A stretch of 63,906 nt of DNA, the filler included, from Octopus bimaculoides (Eukaryota): NCBI RefSeq assembly GCF_001194135.2. It is 8 parts of 7 records of this genome, joined end to end, with 100 filler letters (N's around TTAATTAATTAA, not from the genome) between each part and the next. Parts side by side here need not be neighbours in the genome. Positions count along the whole stretch, not along the records: positions 1 to 4,202 come from NC_068994.1; positions 4,303 to 16,873 come from NC_068983.1; 6 more parts are not named here. The stretch is one strand, 5' to 3'. Both the position numbers and the translations under genes were made by a program. The notes beneath the pieces are model-generated. The model ran no database searches. It worked only from the letters and a program-made list of their open reading frames with translations, and was not told the origin of the DNA. Shown here in pieces: positions 1 to 12,035 of this stretch. How positions within the stretch are numbered: the first letter of the stretch is position 1; each line of letters opens with the position of its first letter.

Positions 1-210
1 TGGTTGAAATTATAGAAATACGACAACTTTAACATGAAATAAGTTGCAATATAATAATTTTTCTTAAAAAGACTAAGAGAAAAAGATGTTTTATATGACA
101 CATTCTACCAGTGTCCCAAAACTAACTAAAAACTAACCAGTGTCCCAAGTTTCAAAGTGTTTCGTTAAGAAAATACTGGCACCCCCGTTTTGAACTAGAT
201 CCAAAACATT
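1..210. repeat. Dispersed repeat, second copy at ~50396-50570; possibly Helentron-associated non-autonomous element
   Basis: TGGTTGAAATTA..GAAATACGACAA...GATGTTTTATATGACACATTCTACCAGTGTCCCAA occurs at both loci; both have degenerate (CCCTAA)n tracts nearby (~745-805, ~50190-50230). Family assignment is inference. Confidence 0.55.
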
Positions 211-1099
211 ATTTATTGAATGACAATTTATTAAAATACCTGTATAAATTTTGAACGCGGGATAGCTGTGAGAAAGTTGGGTAATTACTATTAGAAGACA
301 AGGAGAAAAAAAAGTTACCGACAAGTACTCGAAACTTGCACCTTATTCACAATTTCCAAACACTCTATACCACTAAGCCAATATATACACAAACACGTTG
401 CACGAGCGACTTCAACAGTCACACACACACACACACAGACACACACACACACACACACATACACCAATACACTAGTGCACACACATAGATACACATACAC
501 ACAAATGAAAGGCAATGAATGTGTTCGTGTGTGTGTGTGTGTGTGTGCGCGCGTACTCACTGACAAAACTTCGTGCTGTATTAGTTTTGTGAAGTTTTGT
601 CAGTGAACAGGTCGCGGTTTCAAAGCAAAGAAAATATTTGGACACAAATGAAATTTTAATGTTTAAGTGAAACTGGTACAACTTAAATACAGGTGTTACG
701 TACAAAACATTTTAAATGTACGTTGTGTGGACGTGTAATGACACCCTAGTCCTAACCCTAAACCTAATTATCCCTAAAACTAACCCTAACCCTAAAAACT
801 AACACTTCCCTTCATATTGTTACGTAGATGCATCGGGACCTCTGTATTTAAGTAGTGCCGTGAAACTAACGTTTCTGTGTATTCTTGAATGGCTTACAAA
901 CATCTACGCTGCAATTGGTTTTGTTTCAGTAAACGATCTCAAATCAAGTCATTTGCTATGCAAGTACATCTCCGTAATTTTTAAAAATCACTATGGATAA
1001 ATGGCAGCAATGACCTTCGCAGGCTCTCCAATATTTTAATTTCTAAAAAGAAACAATCAGGGACAGAAGTGGGGTTGAAAAAAATTCATAATTTCTCAA

Positions 1100-2734
1100 A
1101 TGAAAATGGACGCACGGACCCCACTCCCATGCAGTACCATTTGAACCGTTATATGTATTATTTACAATTGTTCTTTTTTTTCCCTTTAATTTCATACTTT
1201 TTTGTCTTTAAGCAGAACTTCATTAGTGGTTCGATATCTCTTAAATCCACTACTGGTGACAACTCTTTAAATTCCACCTCCACTCCTGGCGGGTCAACGT
1301 TATCTCCACACATCTCTTTCAATTTTCTGTAGTTTTCCTCTTCTATCAATATTGCCTTCATATCCTCCGCGTAGATATGAAGGAACCTTCACTCTTACCA
1401 TTGAGTGTAACTTTTTTTTTTTTTTCTCTGTTTCAACATTTTTTGGGTACGTTACATAATACCAAACTCCTTCTCCTCCTCGTATCTTCTTTCCTTTCTC
1501 TTGAACATTTGGTTCTCTCTTTTCTTCTTCCATAAATAGTCTCTCCATCTCACCTTCATACAGTTGGGTTTTCGACACTTTCTCCACTGGTAACTCTACT
1601 TCCTCTTTACTTTCTTTTTCTTTCCTACTGCCCTCCTTCACAGTTTCTTTTCTCACCTCTTCTCTCTTTTTTTTTCTGCTTCTCTGGCGGAGAACTCATT
1701 CATCCGCTCCTCCTTCTTTTCTTTTTAACTATCGTGAATCCCTTCTCCGCTTCTTTTTCTGCTGCCTTGTCCTGTACAACTTGGTCCACACTCTCATGTC
1801 TCTCATCCTGTTCTGTCTGTGACTTTCTTTGGGTGCACCATGCCTTCATGCGGCCCCTTTCTCCACATGAGAAGCATACTGGCGGCCTACCCTCCACAAT
1901 AACCCTCAGCTTCACATCTTCTGGCAGCACAATCTCATCCACTACACTATTCAAGTCCTCCGTTGTTGCCTGAATCGTTAATTCGATACCATATCCTCAG
2001 TAGTTCACCTTCTGGGTCCTTGTAGCATTCAGAATCTTCCCGTCTTTCATATTATACGTTATGGCTGTCATCAGCCATTCTTCTTTCAATTCGGGTGGTA
2101 CCTTACCCACTCGCACCTTGGCCACACGTTTGCCGTAGTACGAAGACAAGAGCACCCATTCCTCTGTCTTTATTGCCTCTTTGGAGTGCTTTATTGCTTC
2201 CTCTTTCGTTGTGAAGCGCACCTCCACAGTAGCCTACCTCCCCCCCTCTCGTAACGTATGTTGTAAATCTTTTCAATTCCTTTATACATTCCTCTATGGC
2301 TTCTATCGGCGCAATCTCTATTTTTCTTGTGGCTACCTTCATGGTTTTAAATGTTACCGTTCTTTTTAATACGTTGGCCGATAAATCTTCAGGTGGTGTT
2401 AGCTTCAGAATATTACCTTCCTTAGTGATTAGTTTTTCACTCTCCTTCATCTTTCTAAGCTCCACTTTTATTTCGCAGACCTCCAACTCTTGCATGTCTA
2501 CTCCTTTGCTCGTTGCGGCCGCATAACCGAGGCCTGCCTCCGGCGCCTTCTCCATTTTCCCACAATGGGAAACAAAACAACAATTAACGAATTAACAACT
2601 TTGGCAACAATTCAAATCAATAACAATGGCAACAATTCGATAAACACTTCAACATAAACTCACGCAATAACTTCACAGAGACGAAATACCGCTAAGCATT
2701 TCGCCCGGCGCGCTAACGTTTCTGTCAGCTCGCC
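1100..2734 (-). mobile_element. Degenerate L1/Tx1-type ORF1 (gag-like) element without ORF2, SINE-like 5' head
   Basis: ORFs 2555-2103, 2227-1997, 1954-1700, 1656-1300 and 1361-1158 join through stops/frameshifts into one K/E-rich reading. It contains RVIVEGRPPV followed by a degenerate zinc knuckle CFSCGERGRMKAWC (CX2CX4HX4C, H->R). 5' end 2734-2679 is GGCGAGCTGACAGAAACGTTAGCGCGCCGGGCGAAATGCTTAGCGGTATTTCGTCT. Confidence 0.7.
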
Positions 2735-3524
2735 ACTTTGATGGGGAAAAATATTGAAAAACATTAATATATGCGAGAGTGATAAATAAACGAGGAGGGT
2801 TGTCTTTGGATGTGCTTAAAACAACAGCCAAATTGCCCTTAAATCACTCACTTAACAATTAAATATTATATATAGTAATATTTACATTAATATTAACAAT
2901 TAAAAAAAAATTTTTTTAATCGAAAATGCTCTTCCGATGGTTTTGAAGGGCAAAAAAAATGGCCAAAATAGGTCCGGAGTGAGATGATGAGGGAGGGTGG
3001 TGGTGTAAAAAAGAGTTTTCAAAACATTTTTCATACAAAGATGACCCTCAACCCCATCATTTCAAAGGCTGTGGTTTTAAAAAATGGCGAAAATCCCTGA
3101 ACAAATTTCCCCACAAATTTCGTTATAATCGTAATCTATGCCGTTTGAAAGCGATTTGTATAAATTTTCATTAAAAAATACCCATCTTCCTGAAAGTTAT
3201 GAGGGAAAAAGTCAGATCGTGGGAATTTTCCAAACTCCTCTCCCCACTTCCTCGCAAAACTTCCTTCCCATAAATCCCTATATACTCTGAAGCCACAACA
3301 TCTAAGCGGTATTTGTAGAAAATTTTGTTAAAATTATCCATTTTTCTGGATGTTATGAGGCAACAAAGTCGGGGGCGTATACATCTGTAGTAATTTCCTT
3401 TCATTTATACGAGTTTTTCATTTCATGTTTATTTCATTCATTGTTTGCAATGTTCTCTCTCCTTCGCCTCTCTCTCTCTCTCTCTCTCCTCTCTCTTTCT
3501 CTCTCTCTCTCTCCTCTCTCTTTT

Positions 3525-3588
<64 letters not shown>

Positions 3589-4162
3589 TGCAAAGCTTAC
3601 AGATGGGCCGCTAAAATGAAATCTCTTTGTTGCTTTGAGGGGAAAGTAAAACTTGACAAACTATTTCTTCTTCTGTTGTTGGACTACCATGATATTTGTT
3701 TTAAAAAGAGATTATAACTGTGATAAAATAATGAAAGCAGTATCTACTAATCAAGCGAGCACAATTATACAAAGAATAAATATATATGAACATAAGTTAT
3801 ATTGTATATTTATAGCAAAAGGTGTCCATTAATAAATAAATAAAAATAAAAATAATTTATTCGATATACTGACTAGCACTTCTCTGAGTTATATCCTCTG
3901 TATAAATATTAGTACTACAGATATATTAATAAAATATTGATATCAACTAAATAGATAACTTACAAAAACAGTCAGATATATTATTCATTAATACTAATGA
4001 AATATTAGAAATCTACTTATATTTAGCAAAAATAAGTTAACTCACATGGGTACAGGCTAAAATTTCATCACAATTTGCATTCATAAGTAATTTACGGGAA
4101 ATAAAAATTTGATATATATGCATACATATATACATACATATACATACACGTATACACATATG

Positions 4163-4202
<40 letters not shown>

Positions 4203-4583
4203 NNNNNNNNNNNNNNNNNNNNNNNNNNNNNNNNNNNNNNNNNNNNTTAATTAATTAANNNNNNNNNNNNNNNNNNNNNNNNNNNNNNNNNNNNNNNNNN
4301 NNCTTGTAAGAAAATATTGAAAATAAGATATTAGAATTTGTAGCATTTTTTTCTTTTCTTTATGGTAACTCTTGTTGTACTTTTGGTACTCAAGAAGAAA
4401 TTGGAAGAAGCTGAAATACTATTCACTGTTTGAGATGAGAAATAAAGAAAAAACACCCCCAAAAATACAACACAAACAAAAAAAAAAAATCCCTGATTTT
4501 AATATACATTTATATTTTCATTTCAGTTTCTAAACTTCGCCTATGTTGTTTTTAAAAAAAAAAATTTTTTAATTTTTTTTTAC

Positions 4584-4614
<31 letters not shown>

Positions 4615-4803
4615 TATACATAATCAAAGGTATTAGTTGCTTTGAAAATGCAAACATTTTCTTAATCTTTTTCTTTCTTTTACTTTGCTCCTAATTATAA
4701 CTTATTAACTAATTCACAAGTATGATATAGTAGTGGCTTTCAAAATTTCTAGTTTCCAATTTACATAAAACAAGCCTCTAAGTAAAAACATATGATATAA
4801 AAG

Positions 4804-4838
<35 letters not shown>

Positions 4839-5202
4839 TAACAATTTGATTATTACTATCACTATTTTAATATCTTTTATTCTCAGTTACAATGTTTTTT
4901 TGCTCTATATGTACATTACTCGTGTATGGGAGGCAGCAGGGAGCTGCATTTTGTTGGCTGATATATTAAATAAAGAAATGTAATCTTCACATAATTTAAC
5001 ATCTTTCATTTTGAGTTGGGGTTATGAGTGAGTGAGTGAGTGTGACTTGACATTTGGTGCTTTTTGTTTACATTGTTTTAAGCTAAAATCATTGTATGAA
5101 AACCTGGTAGGTATGTATGTATGACCTTGCCAATGTTGGTGCCAGACTGTAAAGTGGTTGGCATTAGGAAGAACATCCAGTGTTAACAATTCTCCCAACT
5201 CT

Positions 5203-5241
<39 letters not shown>

Positions 5242-5245
<4 letters not shown>

Positions 5246-5352
5246 GGGGGTGTTGAAAAGCTCCTGGCTTTAAGGGCATTGCAAAAGACCTGGCTGGAGG
5301 CTCAACTTTCCAAGTTCTTTCACAGGCCTTGAGAGAGGAATATGCTGAATAA
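5242..5352 (+). mobile_element. Mariner-derived MITE fragment
   Basis: TIR-like ACAAGGGGGTGTTGAAAAGCTCCTGGCTTT followed by a remnant of a mariner C-terminus (LREEYAE*). Confidence 0.45.
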
Positions 5353-5862
5353 AGGGGCACTCCTATATCTAGGAGCACCAATGGACACACTTAGGAACTA
5401 ACTTACATNNNNNNNNNNNNNNNNNNNNNNNNNNNNNNNNNNNNNNNNNNNNNNNNNNNNNNNNNNNNNNNNNNNNNNNNNNNNNNNNNNNNNNNNNNNN
5501 NNNNNNNNNNNNNNNNNNNNNNNNNNNNNNNNNNNNNNNNNNNNNNNNNNNNNNNNNNNNNNNNNNNNNNNNNNNNNNNNNNNNNNNNNNNNNNNNNNNN
5601 NNNNNNNNNNNNNNNNNNNNNNNNNNNNNNNNNNNNNNNNNNNNNNNNNNNNNNNNNNNNNNNNNNNNNNNNNNNNNNNNNNNNNNNNNNNNNNNNNNNN
5701 NNNNNNNNNNNNNNNNNNNNNNNNNNNNNNNNNNNNNNNNNNNNNNNNNNNNNNNNNNNNNNNNNNNNNNNNNNNNNNNNNNNNNNNNNNNNNNNNNNNN
5801 NNNNNNNNNNNNNNNNNNNNNNNNNNNNNNNNNNNNNNNNNNNNNNATATATATATATATAT

Positions 5863-6027
5863 ACGATGGGCTTCTTTCAGTTTCCGTCTACCAAATCCAC
5901 TCACAAGGCTTTGGTCGGCCTGAGGCTATAGTAGAAGACACTTGCCCAAGGTGTCACACAGTGGGACTGAACCCGGAATCATGTGGTTGGTAAGCAAGCT
6001 ATTTACCACACAGCCACTCCTGCGCCT
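5863..6027 (-). mobile_element. tRNA-derived SINE family A, 5' half
   Basis: Reverse complement of the GGCTGTGTGGTAAGTAGCTTGCTTACCAACCACATG-GTTCAGTCCCACTG head that recurs throughout the window; runs into a gap. Confidence 0.85.
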
Positions 6028-6079
6028 GTTAACTGTTTGGATTTAGGCACTTGTATGTGCAAGCCCAACAAAGTTCACC

Positions 6080-6600
6080 ACTATTAACCCTGCCATCAAA
6101 CTTCATTGTTAAAGAACCTTGTTAGAAAAGAGAGCAAAAGGATCTTGGATTCTTTAGCAAGAAAAATTTCTATCCGGTGGCCACCTAATACAAAATATCC
6201 TTACAATAAGCAGATTTCAAAACAAGATCCCTAACATCCGACCTAAGTCCATCAACAAGAAAATAGCTCTGTAAAGTTGTTTGGTTTACACGGTTTTTCT
6301 ATAACTGTTAAGTACAGAATAGGCAAGACCTTGTTTACGCTAAGTAATTTCCTCTCATACATTGGTATAGGAAGGTATTTAACAGACACACGCTTAAGAT
6401 TTCTTTCAGTTGCACAACCCAACATGAAGTATATCCTTTTATACAAGCGTTCCTATAGCACAGGCTGGTTGCTCAGAGATTAATATCACATGCTTGCTCA
6501 ATGATCACTGCAAGTGCATGAGGTGAGGCCTGGATCTGAGCAATGCATCCAGCTTAAAGTACTTCATCAGCGTTCTAGAAAGTCATGCACAATCACACTT
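6080..6600 (-). mobile_element. Highly decayed L1/Tx1-type ORF2 fragment (region after the RT core)
   Basis: Minus frame reads ERKLLSVNKVLPILYLTVIEKPC...LGGHRIEIFLAKESKILLLSFLTRFF..*WQ with many stops; spacing resembles L1-clade GR..VN...Y....PCP...GGLG...FL.R...W. Confidence 0.35.
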
Positions 6601-6640
6601 CTTAATTCAGGAATAACAAAGAATGAAATGTTGAAATCTT

Positions 6641-7266
6641 GGCCAGGAGTGGCTGTGTGGTAAGTAGCTTGCTTACCAACCACATGGTTCCGGGTTCAGT
6701 TCCACTGCGTGGCATTTTGGGCAAGTGTCTTCTACTTTACCCTCGGGCTGACCAAAGCCTTGTGAGTGGATTTGGTAGATGGAAACTGAAAGAAGCCCGT
6801 CGTATATATGTGTGTGTGTTTCTCTGTGTTTGTCCCCCTAGCATTGCTTGACAACCGATGCTGGTGTGTTTATGTCCCCGTCACTTAGCGGTTCGGCTGT
6901 GTGATAAGTAGCTTGCTTACGAACCACATGGTTCCGGGTTCAGTCCCACTGCGTGGCATCTTGGGCAAATGTCTTCTACTATAGCCTCGGGCCGACCAAA
7001 GCCTTGCGAGTGGATTTGGTAGATTGAAACTGAAAGAAGCCTGTCGTATATATATGTATGTGTGTTTCTCTGTGTTTGTCCACCTAGCATTACTTGACAA
7101 CCGATGCTAGTGTGTCTATGTTCCCGTCACTTAGCGGTTCGGCAAAAGAGACCGATAGAATAAGTACTAGGCTTACAAAGAATAAGTCCCAGGGTCGATT
7201 TGCTCGACTAAAGGCAGTGCTCCAGCATGGCTGCAGTCAAATGACTGAAACAAGTAAAAGAGTAAG
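6641..7266 (+). mobile_element. SINE family A with a ~244-bp internal tandem duplication (dimer)
   Basis: Head GGCTGTGTG begins at 6651 and again at 6895; only the second unit has the 3' tail (...GACTGAAACAAGTAAAAGAGT). Confidence 0.9.
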
Positions 7267-7579
7267 TACTTGTGGCTTTTGAAAAAAAAAAAGCCACAAA
7301 AGACTGTATTTAGCAGAGAAGAGATTAACACTAAAAAAAATTCCTTTACATCCAGATTATATCTAAAAGCCAAATTGCAGACTTTGCATCTTACTTGTAT
7401 GAAGGACGTACAGCCTCTGATACTGGTCTGTATAATTGTTGCCCCCTATTCTTCCCTTTATCCCCATTGCTTCTTGCAGTCTTCCCTTGATGCACCCATT
7501 CATTTCTTTACACCTTTCCTCTATATTTTTTTCTTTTCTCCTCCTTTCTTTCTGTCTTTCTACCCTCTATTCTTTCTGC

Positions 7580-7886
7580 TTGCTTGGTGAGATCAACAAA
7601 GGTGATGTAAAGTCCTTTGTTCTGCTCTCTGCATTTCTCTTGGAACTGTCTGAAAACAATGATCATGTCAGTAGTGGTCCTGTTTGCTCAGAAGTCACAT
7701 TGGAATTTTGGGAGATTTTCTACTGCAATGCCGAGGAGTTCTCTGGCAAGGATTTTGCATGCAATGTAGAGGCAAGATAACATCCTCTGTAGTTGGAGCA
7801 GTCAGACTTTTCCTCCTTATTTTTGTACAAAGTGATGAAGACAGCATTGCAGAAATCTTGTGGTACTTTGCTCCACTCCCAACAAT
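7580..7886 (-). mobile_element. RTE (BovB-like) LINE reverse transcriptase fragment
   Basis: Across frameshifts: VPQDFCNAVFITLYKNKEEKSDCSNYRG...KILAR...LPKFQCDF*ANRTTTDMIIVFRQFQEKCREQNKGLYITFVDLTK, i.e. the N-terminal RT domains of RTE ORF2. Confidence 0.9.
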
Positions 7887-7989
7887 AGATGAAAAAAAAA
7901 AAAAAAGACTACTAATAAAGCAAGAGTACAATTAAATAAAAAAAAAAGTAAAGTGAAGGCATGAAGTGTAACCTCTTCCAGATATGTGG

Positions 7990-8490
7990 CCACTACATGA
8001 TATCACATCTTGGAGGTTATGCTTTTGCAATCCGATAACAAGAGACAGTTGCAAAATATCTCATGAACAAACAAGACAAGACAACAATACCCTTAAAATC
8101 CCAAAATGCAACCACAAGTGCTAATTATTTCACTCTTCTGCAGAGAAATAACAATCAGAAGCTATCCAAAAATGTCATTGAGATACTACTTCCTACTGAG
8201 ACATGATGTTATTGCTATAATATACAATAGTATCTAGAAAACACTGCCCTGGTATAAATAATTGCAAACCTCTAAGGAACACATACATATCAGCACAAGG
8301 AATATCGGTAGAACTTTCTCATCAATGCTTCTATGAAGAGCAAAAATAACAGACCTAACATAGTTATTTGGGATGGAAAATGTGGTCATAGAAGTTAGTT
8401 GCACTGCAGATATGAGTATTTCTTTCAAAATCAGCAAAGAGAATATCCATGGACAACTGCTTCGAAACCTGCAATTACTCTGCTTTTATA
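7990..8490 (+). mobile_element. RLE-type (R4/NeSL/CRE-like) non-LTR retrotransposon C-terminal fragment
   Basis: SHLGGYAFAIR*QETVAKYLM..., decayed CCHC region (..YPKMSLRYYFLLRHDVIA), then SKNNRPNIVIWD...IEVSCTAD...GQLLRNLQLL, matching the RPD..IE restriction-like endonuclease motif. Many stops and frameshifts. Confidence 0.7.
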
Positions 8491-9847
8491 ATAATAATAA
8501 TCATTGGTGCATTTGATTTTGTTGGTAAATGTCAAATTGACAAAAATGTCGACATGTTTGGATTATTAAGCAAAGGAAGAGACTGACTAACATGAATTTT
8601 ACAGATACAATCTGTGAAGCAGAACTAAAAATATGCAAACTTTTCTTGGAGTTTGATGTATAACAATTATTGTTGTTGACATCCAAACTCCAATTATGGA
8701 GCTGTTGTTTCATTTTTAGAAAGCAAATTGTTCCATTAAGAAAGAGCACTAAAAAAATACAAAGAAAACGATATATATACAGTGGATTATTTGGTATCGA
8801 ACATCTGTGATAGCAAAATTCACGATAATAAACATTTTTGCTTTTCTATCTGAAATAGAAACAGTCCATTTCATATACACGTACATACATATTTCACTTT
8901 CTCCTCTCTTTCACTTTAAAACGAAAGTATATAAATAAAGTTTTTTTTACAGAAATTAACAACCCAGATGACAGCTCTTCAAGTCAAAACGAAAGCTAGC
9001 CATAAAATATTATCGATAGCTTCTTCACGATCTGCTGGAGTGTTTTCTTTGTGAAATATTTACTCACCATGCAGTTAGAGAGAAGAAATTATTGTAATTA
9101 TACATTACTCATTTTGCCCCATTTTAGACATTTTTTGAAACGTGAAAATGATCTAATTAGACAGTAGTGTGGGGAAAAATTGACTTGGAATCCAACAGAG
9201 AAAAGAATATTGATTCTTAAACACCAAAAATTATCCAAATATTTTGGTAGCAAACTCAATTACAATCGAGTCAAAGCCGAGAAAAAATTACTTGAAAAAA
9301 AAAAAAAGGACCTGCCACCTGACTATGTTTCGTACTCTCTCAACTTCAACAACTATACTGACAAAATTTTACTCTGAAAGAGGATGCAATACTTGCAATG
9401 TAATTATTTCAAACAGGAATGGGAAAAAAAACAAAAAACAGGGAGAAATTAGAAGTTACTAATTTTGCCCCATTATATAATCCGCACTATTTTGAAAATC
9501 AAGAATTTTAGAAAAGGAAAACAGCTAAAAACATGGCCAAAGATACTTACAGGCTTCAGTAATACTTTGCACACCGACGGAGTAGGAAAATCTCTGAGGA
9601 GTGTGGAATTAAGAAACACAATTCACTGGTGAATCATTGAGCGAAGTATTTGTGAAAAAGCTGTCTCATTTATGAGCAGTTTGCTCCTCGAATAAGTGCA
9701 GATAATGAGGTATAACTTGTTGAATTTAAAACTGACAAGATATAGATTCATTTAAGTAACTTTCGAAGATTTAGAGTGTTACAAAACATGAAGAATCTAA
9801 CAATTCAAAATCACAGCCTAAAATGGTCGAAGTGAGTTTTGTGAACA

Positions 9848-10368
9848 GGTTCAGATATGCGCTGAAGGGAGGTCACTCTGTATAAACTATTCGTACGCAA
9901 GGGACGTCACTCTATAAATGGTCCAATCACACACACATGCCAATACAGCTGAGTGGAAATGTGTGTGTGTGTGTACGCGTGCGTATGTGAGGATAATGGG
10001 CACTGAATAAATGACAGGAAGAAAATTTGAGAAATGGACTTTTATTTTCGTCGTTACAATGTAAAATACAATTTATTCGAGTTGTAGTACAATGATTATC
10101 CACAGTACTGATATCCATTTCGTTGGTAGTTATATTCATCTTTTGTTGACTGCAAGAAGACTGGTGGAAAAAGAAGAGAGAGAGAGAAAGAGTAAGAGAG
10201 TCTAGACAAATAGAGACAATAAAAGCTGTATAGCTCCTCAAATAAGGCGCTTCTTCCATTTCCACTCAGCCGTATAGACAGGCGTGTGATCTGCCAATTT
10301 ATAGAGTGATGTCCCTTGCGTACGACTAGTTTGTACAGAGTGACTTCCCTTCAGTGCATATCTGAACC
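9848..10368. mobile_element. MITE/foldback element with ~110-bp inverted arms
   Basis: GGTTCAGATATGCGCTGAAGGGAGGTCACTCTGTATAAACT... at 9848 is the near reverse complement of 10290-10368; inner arms CAGCTGAGTGGAAAT (~9946-9960) / ATTTCCACTCAGCCG (~10258-10272). Confidence 0.8.
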
Positions 10369-10377
10369 AGCTTATGT

Positions 10378-10785
10378 TTTTACTTTTTTACTTGTTTCAG
10401 TCATTTTGACTGCGGCCATGCTGGTGCACCGCCTTTAGTCGAGAAAATCTACCCCAGGACTTATTCTTTGGAAGCCTAGTACTTATTCTATTGGTCTCTT
10501 TTGCCGAACCGCTAAGTGACGGGGACATAAACACACCAGCATCGGTTGTGAAGCGATGGTGGGGGGACAAACACAGACACACAAACACACATACATCGTT
10601 TAACGTCCGCTTTCCATGCTAGTATGGGTTGGACATATATATATATATATATACGACAGGCCTCTTTCAGTTTCCGTCTACCAAATCCACTCGCAAAGCT
10701 TTGGTCGGCCCGAGGCTATAGTAGAAGACACTTGCCCAAGGTGCCACGCAGTGGGACTGAACCTGGAACCATGTAGTTGGTAGAA
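10378..10785 (-). mobile_element. SINE family A, near full length
   Basis: Tail TTTTACTTGTTTCAGTCATTTTGACTGCGGCCATGCTGG through head GGGACTGAACCTGGAACCATG; carries a short piece of family D at ~10575-10633. Confidence 0.9.
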
Positions 10786-11092
10786 AACTTGATGTAGGTC
10801 ATAGAACAATGAAAACTAATGAGTTAATCACTCTCGAATTGTATTTAGCCCAGGAATGTTAACTTAAACAAGAGAACTTAAATAAGTGTGACTGTTGACT
10901 CTCATAAATTTTTGAGTCAAAATGCCGAGAACAAAAAGAAAGGAACTTGTAGAAAATGTAGATTCGATTTCAAATCCTTCAATGTGGTGCTCCAGCATGG
11001 CTAAATCCATTGGCTGAAACAAGTAAAAGATAAAAGATAAAGTTACATTCATAAATGAGAGATAATAAAGTATCTGAAACTAGCACTACATT

Positions 11093-11410
11093 AATCATCA
11101 TCATCATCATCATCGTTTAACGTCTGCTTTCTATGCTAGCATGGGTTGGACGATTTGACTGAGGACTGGTGAACCAGATGGCTACACCAGGTTCCAATCT
11201 GATCTGGCAGAGTTTCTACATCTGGATGCTCTTTCTAACGCCAACCACTCCGAGAGTGTAGTGGGTGCTTTTACGTGCCACCAGCACGAGGGCCAGTCAA
11301 GAGGTACTGGCAATGGCCACGCTCAAAATGGTGTATTTTACGTGCCACCTGCACAGGAGCCAGTCCAGCAGCACTGGCAACGATCTCGCTTGAATGACTT
11401 TTCACGTGCC
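11093..11410 (-). mobile_element. SINE-like repeat family D with (GAT)n tail
   Basis: (ATC)n run followed by CGTTTAACGTCTGCTTTCTATGCTAGCATGGGTTGGAC; the same motif is at ~10595-10633, and a related fragment at ~5140-5190. Confidence 0.65.
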
Positions 11411-12035
11411 AAGAAAACAAAAAGTCAATGGCCATAGGCCATGTCCCTCCCTACTTGGGACCACTCAGACATGTTGCGTAGTGAGGCTTATGGCAAAGAT
11501 TGCAAATGGCAGCATGTAACAAACTAGAAAAAATGTAAAGAGAAAAACATGCTGACCAAAAAAGCTGGGAGGGTCAAACAGACACAAGAATCCCCTTCCA
11601 ACAATGACACACCAAAACCATTCCCAACAATTCCAATACTAACAACACCATCATCACAGACACAATCAGCATTACAAACACCAGCAAATTCCATTATTCC
11701 TGCAAACCAAATGCAACAACTGCAAAGAAACATTATGGACTTCACTTCCATAAATATGAACAGTAAAGAACTAATGGAACACAGGCATCAGTCAGAATGG
11801 TTTCATCTCGTCAACAAAAAAAACAAACAAACCAGCACACGTAAAAATCACAAGGTGGCCAGTTTTTGACCCTTTTCCAGAGGGTGGAGTGCTTCAACGC
11901 ACAGCAATGTCTGCTCAGTGCCTAGAGTAATGACCGTCTGTCAAAACTGTTTCAGAACATGTGCTTGATCTGTCAATCTCATCTCTTCTATATGCATTGG
12001 ATCTCAAGTCATTATTGCTGCAGAAACGGGGGTGT

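Noticed and set aside
745-805. Telomere-like CCCTAA repeats (also ~50190-50230)
   Set aside because: Short, degenerate and embedded in a dispersed repeat; not an interstitial telomere array.
1110-1150. Resemblance of CCACTCCCATGCAGTACC to the U2 snRNA 3' region, suggesting a U2-targeting Tx1
   Set aside because: Only a 9-nt exact match and no other U2 sequence; likely chance.
4247-4258. TTAATTAATTAA between N runs, recurring at about 16918, 23763, 44125, 49496, 57704 and 61678
   Set aside because: Identical 12-mer always centred in N padding; an assembly linker with stops in all frames, not biology.
11460-11870. 106-aa S/T/Q-rich ORF (11549-11869) preceded by a possible decayed zinc knuckle
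   Set aside because: Low complexity, no splice context; probably an old LINE ORF1 remnant but too weak to call.
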